A DNA stretch of 63,858 nt, the filler included, from Reclinomonas americana ATCC 50394 (lineage: Eukaryota), in assembly GCA_048213135.1 (NCBI GenBank). It is 5 parts of 4 records of this genome, joined end to end, with 100 filler letters (N's around TTAATTAATTAA, not from the genome) between each part and the next. Parts side by side here need not be neighbours in the genome. Positions count along the whole stretch, not along the records: positions 43,517 to 55,317 come from PS015278.1; positions 55,418 to 60,178 come from PS015278.1; positions 60,279 to 63,858 come from PS015279.1; 2 more parts are not named here. The stretch is one strand, 5' to 3'. Each line of letters opens with the position of its first letter. Positions within the stretch are counted from its first letter, which is position 1. Below, one piece after another: positions 48,425 through 60,286 of the stretch. The notes below the pieces were generated by a model. That model was given only the letters and a program-made list of their open reading frames with translations, was not told the DNA's origin and did no database searches. The position numbers were made by a program, and so were the translations under genes.

Positions 48425-49364
48425 ATCACCACAGTGTCGTTTACCACCCGAATGTGTGCAGTGTCAGCGGGAGTAGGGGGAAAAGGCACACGAAATACAG
48501 ACACACACACTGACAAGGAGGCGACGATGCACGCAGAGACTGCAACAGTGGCAGCGGATGCTTCTGCACGCATCGACATGTAACACACACTCGAGTAGAA
48601 ACTGGCGGTGAGAGGAAAGAGAGAGAGAGAGAGAGAGANNNNNNNNNNNNNNNNNNNNNNNNNNNNNNNNNNNNNNNNNNNNNNNNNNNNNNNNNNNNNN
48701 NNNNNNNNNNNNNNNNNNNNNNNNNNNNNNNNNNNNNNNNNNNNNNNNNNNNNNNNNNNNNNNNNNNNNNNNNNNNNNNNNNNNNNNNNNNNNNNNNNNN
48801 NNNNNNNNNNNNNNNNNNNNNNNNNNNNNNNNNNNNNNNNNNNNNNNNNNNNNNNNNNNNNNNNNNNNNNNNNNNNNNNNNNNNNNNNNNNNNNNNNNNN
48901 NNNNNNNNNNNNNNNNNNNNNNNNNNNNNNNNNNNNNNNNNNNNNNNNNNNNNNNNNNNNNNNNNNNNNNNNNNNNNNNNNNNNNNNNNNNNNNNNNNNN
49001 NNNNNNNNNNNNNNNNNNNNNNNNNNNNNNNNNNNNNNNNNNNNNNNNNNNNNNNNNNNNNNNNNNNNNNNNNNNNNNNNNNNNNNNNNNNNNNNNNNNN
49101 NNNNNNNNNNNNNNNNNNNNNNNNNNNNNNNNNNNNNNNNNNNNNNNNNNNNNNNNNNNNNNNNNNNNNNNNNNNNNNNNNNNNNNNNNNNNNNNNNNNN
49201 NNNNNNNNNNNNNNNNNNNNNNNNNNNNNNNNNNNNNNNNNNNNNNNNNNNNNNNNNNNNNNNNNNNNNNNNNNNNNNNNNNNNNNNNNNNNNNNNNNNN
49301 NNNNNNNNNNNNNNNNNNNNNNNNNNNNNNNNGGTGGGGAGGACGGGGCAGGACCAAAGTTAGA

Positions 49365-51210
49365 TTATTTCAGCTTGCCACCCGGAAGGCCACCCGACTG
49401 CTCCGCGAGCGCGTCGTGCTTGGCCTTGGCGTCGTACTGCGGCGCGAGGCGGCCGTACTGCACAATGACGTCCTCCGGCTTGAGGTCGCGCTTCTCGAAC
49501 GTGCGGGTGAGGATGTCACGCACGCCGTCCGAGTAGCGGCGCTGGGCGTCGAGGGTGGTGCCAGAGTAGTGCGGCGTCAGGGCGTGGTTCGGGGCATTGC
49601 GCCACGGGTGGTCAGCCGGAGCCGGCTGCGGCCACCACACATCACCAGCGTAGCCGGCCAGGTGGCCGGACTGAGAATGCCAGAGTGCGTCAGCGCGCAG
49701 AGCAAGTGAGAACACATGAAACACTCACAACACCGACCTTCAGAGCCTCCACCAGGGCGTCGCGCTCCACAATCTTGCCACGGGCAGTGTTGACGAGGTA
49801 CGAGCCGCGCTTCATCTTGCCGATCAGAGTGCGGTTGAACAGGTGCTCAGTGGCGTCGTGCAGCGGGCAGTTGATGGTCACCACATCGCAACTGTATTAA
49901 TGGTGAGCGCACAATCGACAATATCTTGACACAGCGACGCACGCGACGCAACGTCGACACGAGCTCATCCAGGCTGACGTAGCGGGCGCCGAGTTGCTTC
50001 TCCGTCTGTGCATCCAGACGGGCGTAGTCGGAGTACAGCAGCTCCTTGCAGTCGAACGGCTTCAGGCGCTCCAGCACACGGCGGCCAATGCGACCGGCAC
50101 CGACGGTGCCGACCACCTTGCCCTCCAGATCATAAGCGCACGGGTACACACCGACAATCGACGCCACGTGCCACTGGCCAGAGACGATCTGCTTGTAGGC
50201 GGGGATGTAGTTGCGGACGAGAGCGAGAATCTGCATGACGACGTGCTCGGCCACCGAGACGACATTGCAGCCGGTGACCTCGGCCACTGCACAACCGTCA
50301 GGCTCGTGCATGCATGTACAACACACACACGCGTGCACACATACGCGTACCGGTGATGCCGTACTCGCGGCAAGCGTGCAGGTCGACGTGATCCGACCCA
50401 ATGCCTGCCGTGATCGACATCTTCAGCTTTGGCGACGCCTCAATGCGTGCCCGGGTAATGTACGCCGGGTGGAAGGGAGTCGAGATGACGACATCCGCGT
50501 CCTTCAGCTCCTTGTCGAACTCAGAGTTGGCGCGGTCCTTGTCGGAGACCACCACAAAGCTAACCCGCCGCAGCAAGTCAGCAGCGATCGACGCAACGCA
50601 GAGAATGACACGACGACGTACCGGTGGCCACGGCTCTCCAGGAACTCACGGATGCCGAGCGCATTTTCGCGGCAACCCAGCAGGCGCGGGTTCTTGGCGG
50701 CCTCAGCGCCGGCCTCGTAGAAGCTGTGCGCCAATGAGCAGTGAGCGTCATAATGCGGAGATGATGGGCAGAGAGAGGGGCTCACCAGCCGACAATCTTT
50801 AGCGGCTGTCCCGACGACAGCGCCGCCAGATCGCGGTGCTTCGACGAGAAGTTGCGCACAGAGCTGTGCCGAGAGAGTGAGTGAGTGTTTGCCATGCGCG
50901 TGTGTTCATTTCCACCGACCGCGCTCACGTGACCCCACGCGCTTGTGCATGAGCGCTCACCGTCACTCCCTGTATGCCACTCGTGTGCTCATGCTCTCTG
51001 TAATGTGTGTGCAGCGTGGCGATGCGTGCATGCATCTGCGTGCCGAGATTCTCGTGTGACATGCGGAGAAAATCACTTGTCTCGGCATTCTTCGTGTTGC
51101 GCACAATGTGTTTCTCTCTCCCTTCCGTTCTCTTTTCTGTGCAAGAGATACTCTGCGTGTGCAACAGAGAAGAAGGCCGAGACAACTCACCGGCTCAGTC
51201 GCGCCAACAT
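49365..51210 (-). CDS. FDH: NAD-dependent formate dehydrogenase, predicted mitochondrial
   Basis: [95 protein letters not shown]. The spliced N-terminus MLARLSRSVRNFSS resembles a mitochondrial presequence. Confidence 0.95.
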
Positions 51211-51733
51211 GACGGGAAACGAGTGAAAAACTTTCGATGTTACGTGGCAGCCTGTGATTGTCTCTCATTGGCCATGATCACCTCGTGGCTAACCACCACG
51301 ACCTCCGCAACTGCGGCATGAACGCACACCTTCGATTCGCTGATTGCGCGCACCACACACCACACTCTCTTTCTCGTCCACAAAGAGCCTGACGACCCAC
51401 GCCAAATTGCTTGTTTTGTGTTTTGTACTTCACGTCACACACACCGACACATACCGCAGACACCACACATGCACGCACAGCAGAGAGAAGCAAGCAAGAC
51501 GCATCCACAAGCGACAGACATGACGAGCAACAATAACGAGAAGAAAAAACACAGCCTCTCAGAAAAAGAGCTGTATTCCACTCCCCCTCCCCGTCACCCC
51601 CCACGCCCTCCACTGACAAGTCTCCGCATCCCACACACACGCGCGCACACACACAGCGCCTGCCAGCACGCAGGCAATCCTCCCTATCGTTCCACCCAAT
51701 GCAACATGCTGCGGACGGGCAACGTCGATGTCC

Positions 51734-52280
51734 TTATCGGAACTGATGATTGATCACACACAAACGCACACAGAGGCAGAGAGAGAGAGAGAGACACACA
51801 CAGGGGAGAGCGTCAGCGTGCTGCCCAGTTCAGTCACTCTCCCACAAACGTCGCGAAGAATTACCTTCTGGAAGCCAATGTCGTTGGCGTTCTCCTTGAA
51901 GCACTGGCGGCAAATGCTCAGGCCGTACTTGCGGATCATACCGTGGCCGTTCGAGCAGATGCGGCTGCGAGAGAGGGCGTGGGCATGTCAGGAGACATGC
52001 ATGGCCGACCATCAACACCAGACTCTCGTTGTGCGTGCGCGTGCGCGCGTGTGTGGACGGTAACGACAGAAACACACTCACCAGCAGCGCGAGCCCTCGC
52101 CGTACTTGCGGGGATGAGTGTTCCAGATCTTGCTGTGGCCCTGTGTGAACGGCCACAGTGAGCGACATGCACATGGCACTCTTACACACGCACACACACA
52201 GACACGCGCGCGCACAGCCAACCACACGCGCTACACGAACTCACTCCACCCAACACACACACACACGCCACACTCACCAT
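51734..52280 (-). CDS. RPS29: 40S ribosomal protein S29 (uS14)
   Basis: Four exons, the first being the ATG alone: [56 protein letters not shown]. Confidence 0.95.
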
Positions 52281-52588
52281 TGTGCGATACGCGACGAGTG
52301 CGCAGTGAGACGAGTGATGTAAGGTAAGGGACAAACGACAATTGCTCGCCGGCGACTGTCCCACACTCTCACACACACACACACACACAGACTGAGCGAC
52401 ATACACACACAAGCGCGTTATGTCGAGTNNNNNNNNNNNNNNNNNNNNCGGAGAAGAAGAAGAAGGAGACGGAGAAGAAGAAGGAGGAGAAGAACAAGAA
52501 GAAAGAAGAAAGAAGAAGGAGAAGAATGAGAACAAGGAGGAGGAGGAAGAAGAAGAGGAGGAGGAGTGTGAGAGAGATCCGCATGTAC

Positions 52589-53302
52589 CGGTGAATCTGC
52601 TGGTTCTCGTGAAAATACTGCAGACCAAGCAGCGCCTGCTTCATAATGGCCGCGATAATCCTCTCGTCGCGGAAGCCACCGGGCGACACTTCTCGCAGCA
52701 AGTCCAAACAGGAACCTGCACATTACACACGCACATGAGAAGACAGACAGACAGACAGAGTTCCTCCGAAGGCGCCGAAACGGAACAAGGCATGCACATG
52801 CATTTCCACACGGACGACTGCTCATCTCTCTCTCTCTCATGTGTGTGCACATGCGCGTGTGTCTCACTGTGTGTGTGTGTGTCAGTGTGTGTGAGACTCA
52901 CCGCCCTCCATGAGCTCCATGACCAAGTACAGATTGTTTTCGTGCACAAACGAGGCATAGTACCGGACCAAGTTCTCATGCGAGTTGGCACGCATAATGG
53001 AGATCTCTCTCTGCGCACAAACAGAGAGACAGAGTCAGCGCAACGAGAAAAGGTGTGTTGTGCGCGAGATGTCCACACACACACACACTGACCGTGATCT
53101 CCTCCAGGTGATCGGCGAGCTCCACGTTGACCTGCATGATGGCCACCTCATCGTTGTTGGAGAGTGCAGAGGACACGTGTTGTGCGGCTGCTGCGCTGTC
53201 CACGGGAACCACTCGCGCTCGCCACACACGAGCTTTCAGGGACATGCCAATCGGCTCGAGAAGCTGGTACCCGAAGGTCCGCGCAGGCAGGGCTGCGGGG
53301 TT
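52589..53302 (-). CDS. STE20-family OSR1/SPAK-like kinase, N-terminal exons (contig in flipped orientation)
   Basis: YQLLEPIGMSLKARVWRA...EVAIMQVNVE...|REISIMRANSHENLVRYYASFVHENNLYLVMELMEG|GSCLDLL...LQYFHENQQIHR. The phase-2 end (cac cg) joins the + strand exon at 53643 (a gac atc aag) to form HRDIK. Confidence 0.85.
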
Positions 53303-53642
53303 NNNNNNNNNNNNNNNNNNNNNNNNNNNNNNNNNNNNNNNNNNNNNNNNNNNNNNNNNNNNNNNNNNNNNNNNNNNNNNNNNNNNNNNNNNNNNNNNNN
53401 NNNNNNNNNNNNNNNNNNNNNNNNNNNNNNNNNNNNNNNNNNNNNNNNNNNNNNNNNNNNNNNNNNNNNNNNNNNNNNNNNNNNNNNNNNNNNNNNNNNN
53501 NNNNNNNNNNNNNNNNNNNNNNNNNNNNNNNNNNNNNNNNNNNNNNNNCTCTTCTTCTTCTTCTTCTTCTCCTCCTTCTCCTCCTCGTGCTCCTTCTCCT
53601 TCCCCGCCTCGCCTCTGTGCGCTCACACACGCACACATACAG

Positions 53643-55317
53643 AGACATCAAGGCCAGCAACCTGCTGGTGTCCAAGGAGGGCGTGGTGAAGCTGTCGGAC
53701 TTTGGTGTCAGTGCGTGGTTGGTGGACTCGGGCGATCGGCGGAAGCAGCGACAGACGTTTGTGGGCACGCCGTGCTGGATGGCGCCAGGTGTGCATGCTT
53801 GCGCACTCCTCTGCTGGACACGGGCTCTTGAGCTGACGTTCTGTGCGCAGAGGTAATGGAGCAAACGCGAGGGTATGATTTCAAGGCCGATATCTGGTCG
53901 CTGGGCATCACGGCGCTCGAGTTGATCAATGGACGAGCGCCGATGCAGGATCAGGCGCCCATGAAGGTGCTGATTACGGTGCTCCAGGGGCCACCGCCGA
54001 CGGTTGAGTCAACGGCCACTCCGGAGGTGGCGGCAGGCGTGTCCAAGTATTTGAGAGATTTTGTGGCTCAGTGCCTGCAAAAGGACCCGGCGGCGAGGTG
54101 CGTGTTGGTGTGCTGCGGGGAAAGAGAGCGAGAGAGTGAGAGAGAAACACGAGACTGATACTTGGCGTGTCGGGGCGGCAGACCAACGGCGGCACAGTTG
54201 CTGGGACACAAGTTTGTGGCGTCAGTCAAAAAGCCTGAGGCCGTTTTGAGGGAAATTCTCGCGCACTCGGCATCCTACGCGGAGCGTGTGCAGGTGGGGC
54301 TCATTCGCCGTTCCTACGCCTCGTTTCCATGCATCTCACTTGTTCTTAAACAGCGCATGGTACGAGAACGGGAGGAGCTCATTGCACGGCAAGCAGAAAT
54401 GGTGCCGTATGGAGCGCCGCCCGTGTCGGCCGAGCTGCTGACCGCGTTGCCGACTGTGCCTGATGGTGAACTTGCCGTCTCACTCACGCAATGCCTCCCT
54501 GTCGTGTTGTTCATCGAGCTTGTGTGTGTGCGTGTGGCAGAGTCGTCGCTGGTCACCATTGGTCGCAATTCGTTGAGAAAACCGGAGAGCATCGAGTGGG
54601 ATTTTGATGACGAACCGCTGCCGACCGCAACTGCTGCGGCGACTGCTGCTGCTCCAGCAGAGGGCGGAGGCAGCGGGTCGGGTTCTTCTGGTGCGCCAGC
54701 AGCGATTGCGGTGCCGCCGATTGTTCTCGGTTCAGCCGTCGACGACCGGTCACCGGCGGTGGAGGCGTCGTCAGCAGCCGTGGCTGCAGCCCCGGCTGCG
54801 CCCGCACATCCGCCAGCGTCGGACGACGATGGCACGGAGGCTTCTCGGGTTCGTGAACATATGCACATGTGTTTGTGCATGAGAGAAGAAAACTGTGCTC
54901 ACACGTACTCGTTTTCTTAGGCGGAGCGTGTGGTCGAACAGCGCGGTCGGTTTACGGTGGAGACCATCGAGCACCCTGCAGGGGGACGTGACGGCGAAGG
55001 GGGAAGTGCTGCACGAGATGCACCTCCAGAAGCAGACGCACCACTGGAGAGACCTCACAGTTGTGTGTGGCATTTGCGTGCCCTCTTGACTCTCTTCACA
55101 GCCTGCTGATCCCCTTCTCTCTCTCTCGCTGCACAGTCAGCAACACCCCTCCCAGCAGTCCGTACGTGACGCCGGGCGGTGGCGGCGATGGACCACACCA
55201 ACCATTCGCACTGGCACCATCAACAGCAAGTGCAACTGCTGCCGCCGGCGGAGCTTCTGGTGCGGCCGCGAAGCCGCCCAAGGCCAAGCCGTCGCCACTG
55301 CCCGCCGACATTGCACC
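53643..55317 (+). CDS. STE20-family OSR1/SPAK-like kinase, C-lobe and tail (3' truncated)
   Basis: RDIKASNLL...[11 protein letters not shown]...[36 protein letters not shown]...[20 protein letters not shown]; the tail carries EWDF and GRFTV motifs. Confidence 0.9.
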
Positions 55318-55417
55318 NNNNNNNNNNNNNNNNNNNNNNNNNNNNNNNNNNNNNNNNNNNNTTAATTAATTAANNNNNNNNNNNNNNNNNNNNNNNNNNN
55401 NNNNNNNNNNNNNNNNN
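55318..55417. other. Artificial contig-joining linker
   Basis: N44-TTAATTAATTAA-N44. Confidence 0.97.
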
Positions 55418-55439
55418 GGTGTTGCTCGTCGCTCACTAG

Positions 55440-55861
55440 GGCAGCTGAAGGAGTCGTTGGCGGATCTGGAGAGCGCGCAGCGAACGGAGCCAGCGAATCA
55501 GCAAGTCGCCGCCGAGCTGCTGGCCACTCGCAACGCCATTGCTGGACGGTCGCGTGGTGCAGCTCCGGCGGCCAAGCCGGCCACCGCCCCTGCTGCTCCT
55601 GCTGCTCCTGCTGCGTCTGCAGGAGCCGCCAAGCCTGCACCTGCACCAGCGGCGCCACCAAAGAAGCGCGTGGTGATTCAGGAGGTGGAAGAGGACGAAG
55701 AGGAGGCAGCATCGGCACGGTCGCGAGCCGCCGCCGCCGCCGCTGCCGCCTCCGCCCCTGCGCCGACACAAAAGCGCGAGCCAGCAGTTGTGGAGGTCAT
55801 CTCCGAGTCGTCATACGAGGAGGAGACGCACGAGGAGGAGGAGGAGGAGGAGATTGAGGAG
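55440..55861 (+). CDS. Downstream exon of the RPAP3-like gene (contig in flipped orientation)
   Basis: AG/GT-bounded exon. QLKESLADLESAQRTEPANQQVAAEL completes TPR3, followed by KKRVVIQEVEE. Confidence 0.65.
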
Positions 55862-56294
55862 GTATGTGGGCTGTGGGGGAGGCCACACCACTCCTGCGTT
55901 GCTCATTCATCTTCCTTTCGANNNNNNNNNNNNNNNNNNNNNNNNNNNNNNNNNNNNNNNNNNNNNNNNNNNNNNNNNNNNNNNNNNNNNNNNNNNNNNN
56001 NNNNNNNNNNNNNNNNNNNNNNNNNNNNNNNNNNNNNNNNNNNNNNNNNNNNNNNNNNNNNNNNNNNNNNNNNNNNNNNNNNNNNNNNNNNNNNNNNNNN
56101 NNNNNNNNNNNNNNNNNNNNNNNNNNNNNNNNNNNNNNNNNNNNNNNNNNNNNNNNNNNNNNNNNNNNNNNNNNNNNNNNNNNNNNNNNNNNNNNNNNNN
56201 NNNNNNNNNNNNNNNNNNNNNNNNNNNNNNNNNNNNNNNNNNNNNNNNNNNNNNNNNNNNNNNNNNNNNNNNNNNNNNNNNNNNNNNNNNNNNN

Positions 56295-57859
56295 GCGGCG
56301 CACGAGCGCCTTGACGTAGCCGGCGTCGTAGCCGAGCGACGCATTGCAGTCCTCCACCGTCTGCGTGTGCACGCAACGAGGTGAGCAGTGAAAGACAACT
56401 TGGTCAATGTGCAGCAGAAAGAGGAGCGAACCTCGGCAAAGCGATCCATCTTCAGGTATGCCGCCGCGCGATTGCCGTGCAGCACTGCGAGTGTTTTCAT
56501 CGGCTACAAGAATAGTCAGTCACTCTGATCGCTTTCACCAATCCGGACTCTCCACACACACACCTTGTTGATCACCGACGTGGCCTCCAGAATGGCATCG
56601 CTGTACAGCTCCGCAGCCAGCCGCGAGTCGCCCTCCTTGAACGCCGAGTTGCCCTGCTCCTTCAGGCGCTCCACAGAATCGAGGCGCTCACGATCCCGCC
56701 GCTCTTGCTCCTGCACCTGCCGTGTGAGAGACCGTGCATTACCCCACAACTCAAGTTCAACAAGCACGCACCTCCTGCTTCTTCCTGCGCGACTCCAGCT
56801 TGGCACGATGCCGCTGCGCATCCTCTCGCTCCTCCTCGGCCTCCACCTGCTCCAGCATCTTGTCCACATCGACCTTGTCCCACTCACGGTACTCGGTGTA
56901 CGTCTTGGGCTTCTTGAACTCGCTCTTGGGCTTCTCGGCCTCCACTGCAAGGGGTGCGGGTGCGGGTGCGGCAGCCGGTGCGCCGTCGCTGACTGTGAGT
57001 GGGGGAGAGGGGAAGGGTGAGAACGCGAGAAGTGATGGGAGACTGTGATTAGCGAAGCAGAGAGTGAAGAGAAAGAGAGTGGGGAAGAGAAGGGAGGGCA
57101 AGAGCTGGAGAGACCGACTGAAGAGCTCAGTGAGCCAAGCACAGACTGACAGCGTGCAGGTGACCTTCTTTCGAGACGGGAGAGTAATGGGGATGAGCTT
57201 GAGGTGAGATTGAAGACAAGTACAGAGTGACAGCTTACTGGTCCAGTGCAATGGACACAGCAAGTGGGAGAGGGAGAGGCAGAGTAGACTGCGAGTGTCT
57301 GAGGGCGAGAGAGTGATGGGGATGAGCTTGAGGTGAGATTGAAGACAAGTGCAGACTGACAGCTTGCTGGTCCAGTGCAAGAGAGACACAGTTAGGGGAG
57401 AGGTAGAGAAGAGTGTGAGGGCGGGAGAGACTCAACATCCAGGCAAGCGGCCGGCCAAGTCCGCCAGCTGCTGCACAAAGGCCTCCCCAGTGGCCTCAGT
57501 CTCCGGTTGCATGGCCTGTTGTGGCTGCACCTGATGCCGACTATCACCAACATGCACAGTGCGACTGCCACGCACAGGCGGTGGCGCTGCACCAGCCTAC
57601 ACACACACAATCACACGTCATCATCATCATTCATCAGTCATGTGTGTTGTCTCTCTCTCTCTGTGTGTGTGCTCACCAGTGACGCAGAGGTGGCAGGCAC
57701 TGTGCGCGAGGCACCTGCTGATCCACTGGAAGCACCCTTCTTCTTGGCGGCTTGTCGTCGTTTCATCTCGTCTTCCCACTGGAAGAGATCCTCAAACTGT
57801 GAGCGACGCAGCTCGGCGTTTTGCCGCACGTTGGCTTGAATGCGCATAAACTCGTCCAT
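56295..57859 (-). CDS. RPAP3: RPAP3-like TPR co-chaperone (R2TP complex), N-terminal part
   Basis: MDEFMRIQANVRQNAELRRSQFEDLFQWEDEMK, PPPVRG and YREWDKVDVDKMLEQV match the RPAP3 N-terminus. TPR clamp: LKEQGNSAFKEG...YSDAI...LHGNRAAAYLKMDRF...DCNASLGYDAGYVKALVRR. Confidence 0.8.
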
Positions 57860-58409
57860 TTGTGTGTGAGTGTGTGCAAGTGCTTCTCTCTCGCGCGCGC
57901 TGTGATCGTTTGTTGAAGGGGGCAGTTTTGTCTGGTGATTTTCGCGGCAGTTTTCACGACGTTGTTTTTTCTCGACGTCGTTGTGTTGGAAGGTGAGTGT
58001 AATGCTGTGTGCTTTGTCTGTAGAGCGTATCCAGTGCTGCAGCTTCGTGCTTGTAAGCGCGAGGAAATCGAATTGACTCAACTGCAACTTCGACGTCGAC
58101 GACAATATTTCCAAGCTGGAAGTGCGTGCTGGCTTCCAGCGTGCCAGCAGGAGCATGGAAACCACTCTCGCAAGCTGCACTGTAGTCAAATCCATCATCC
58201 CGCTGCGTGCAGGTTTCGAGACAACTCGAATTCGACGCTTGCTGGCCTGGAAGAATTGATCATTCGAACGCAAGCAAGCAGCCACCAAGCTGCTGCCGAT
58301 ACCACAGTAGGTGTGTCGGTGACCGCCGTCGGCTGCGTGTTGTCAATCCAGTCTAGAGCATCACCAAAGAACACGCGACCTTCGAAACACGCATGCAGCG
58401 CAGCGTTCA

Positions 58410-59478
58410 TCATCTTGGTGGCGTCGCGTGCGCCACAAACAGCGACAACACTTGTTCTACGGCGGTCCAGGTGAGAGCGGCGGCGGCCGAGCGTTTGAGC
58501 ATGCGCGGCACGAGGCCAGCAAAGAGGCCGGCGAGCATGCCGCGATCGCGAATCAATTGCTGCGCGCAGTCCCAGTACAGCTGCGGGGTGACGCGCGTAC
58601 CCAGCAGCTGCACGCGCGTGCGTAATGCATCAAACGGCTGCGTGACACACGAGGCCACGGCACCCGACGCAAAGCCCGCGACAGTCGGCGCCAATCGCCG
58701 TCGCCATCTATCGCCTCCTTCCACCGCGTTCGTCGTTCGATGATTGTGAGTGCTGGCGAGCGCCAGTGACGAGTAGCTGCCGCCGCTCAAGTGCCGCAAC
58801 AGCACCGAGTACGATGCCAGCGTGATGGCCGAGTACGGAGCATCGCGCAACTGTGTTGTCAGTGAGAGACGCACGCGGCAAGGAGTGAAGCGCGCAGTGA
58901 CGCAACGACCGTCGGCACCAAGCCAGCGACCATTCCCCGCCACCCGCGCTCTCTCAGCACCTGTCGCGCCACCTCACGCATGCTGGAACCCTCGGTGCCT
59001 CGTCGCGACTCGTTCTCCAGTCGCGTTTTGATGACGATCAGCGGCATTGTCAGCGCCGCCGCAATCGTGCGACTGGCAAAGCCCGTGACAGCAGTGACGC
59101 TCACCGGCAGTGGCGACGAAGGCGCAATCGACAGAAGCGATCGAGAGGCGTCGGAGAACACGCGCACACTGCCAAAGTAGAGACCAGATCCGGGCACAAT
59201 CCGCAGCAACGTCGGCACAGTGCCTCGCCTGACGCACACACAGAGTCAGTTGACGTTATGTACACCAACACAGTGCGTGCTTACCAGAGAGCACGGGTGC
59301 CGCCTTCCCTGTACACCGCCTTGGCCACGTCCCACAGACGCACTCGCTGCTGCTGTTGTGCAGGCGAGGTATTGTGCGCGGCAATTACGCGTGTCTTGAG
59401 CACGTCGAAGGGCTGCAGAAGCACGCTGGTCACAGTGGCGGCGGCGGAGCCCGAGAGCACCTGCTGCACGAGCGTCAT
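58410..59478 (-). CDS. SLC25A38: Mitochondrial carrier, SLC25A38/Hem25 (glycine transporter)-like
   Basis: Three exons and three carrier signatures (QPFDVLKTR, MPLIVIKTR, QPFDALRTR). RIVPGSGLYF, LRDAPYS and PRMLKRS fit the SLC25A38 subfamily. Confidence 0.8.
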
Positions 59479-59541
59479 TGCAAAGAAAAGTCCCACACGA
59501 CGCTGTTGTCCCACGACAACTTGATTGAGCTTCTTGTTGAA

Positions 59542-60178
59542 ATGGACGACGACGACGTGCATGTGGAGTTGGCTGATCTGCAGTACTATGAGGTGCGTGC
59601 GACTGCGCGCAGTGAGCTCACCTCGTTGTGCGCACGCGCGCGCGAGGTGGTGCATGCCATGTCGCTCACTCTCACTCCCTCTCTCTCTTGTTGCGCAGCG
59701 TGCTGTGACACACGGAGCAGCTGCTGCTGACTCGGACGACGAGGGCAGTGTGGATGGACGCGCGCCTGTGTCGAGCGCGGGTCCGTCGACCCCAGTTCGG
59801 TCCTCTTCGCAGCCTGGTCACGTGACCTCGCCCATCCTGGCGCACCCGACCACGCCCTCTCGTCGTGGTGGTGCGCCGCAGCAGCCGGGCTCTCCCATGT
59901 CGCCTGGGGGCGGCGCAGGCATGGACATGTCGCATGTCGTGCCCACCTCGGCACTGGAGATTGCCGTGGATCGCTTCCTGCGCTCACTGCAGGAGGCCAT
60001 TGCACGGGGAGACACGCATGAGTGTGCGTTGTTGTACGAGCATGAGTTCCAGATGCTGACGGAGAAGCATTTTGCGTCGACCGAGTGGCCGCACCCCGAT
60101 TGCGCCCTGGTGCGCTCGATTGCGCGTGACGATGCCATTTTTGAGATGTGCTATCAGATCCTCTACTACCGCCATCTC
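59542..60178 (+). CDS. EIF3L: Eukaryotic translation initiation factor 3 subunit L (3' truncated)
   Basis: LLYEHEFQMLTEKHFASTEWP...DDAIFEMCYQILYYRHL matches the eIF3L pattern YE..W.KLTERFF...WP...D.VF..LY.ELYYRH. One intron after MDDDDVHVELADLQYYE. Confidence 0.8.
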
Positions 60179-60278
60179 NNNNNNNNNNNNNNNNNNNNNN
60201 NNNNNNNNNNNNNNNNNNNNNNTTAATTAATTAANNNNNNNNNNNNNNNNNNNNNNNNNNNNNNNNNNNNNNNNNNNN
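60179..60278. other. Artificial contig-joining linker
   Basis: N44-TTAATTAATTAA-N44. Confidence 0.97.
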
Positions 60279-60286
60279 TTTTGCAG

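Noticed and set aside
57935-58413. ORFs between RPAP3 and the SLC25A38-like gene
   Set aside because: No recognisable motifs or consistent spliced model; probably UTR or promoter sequence.
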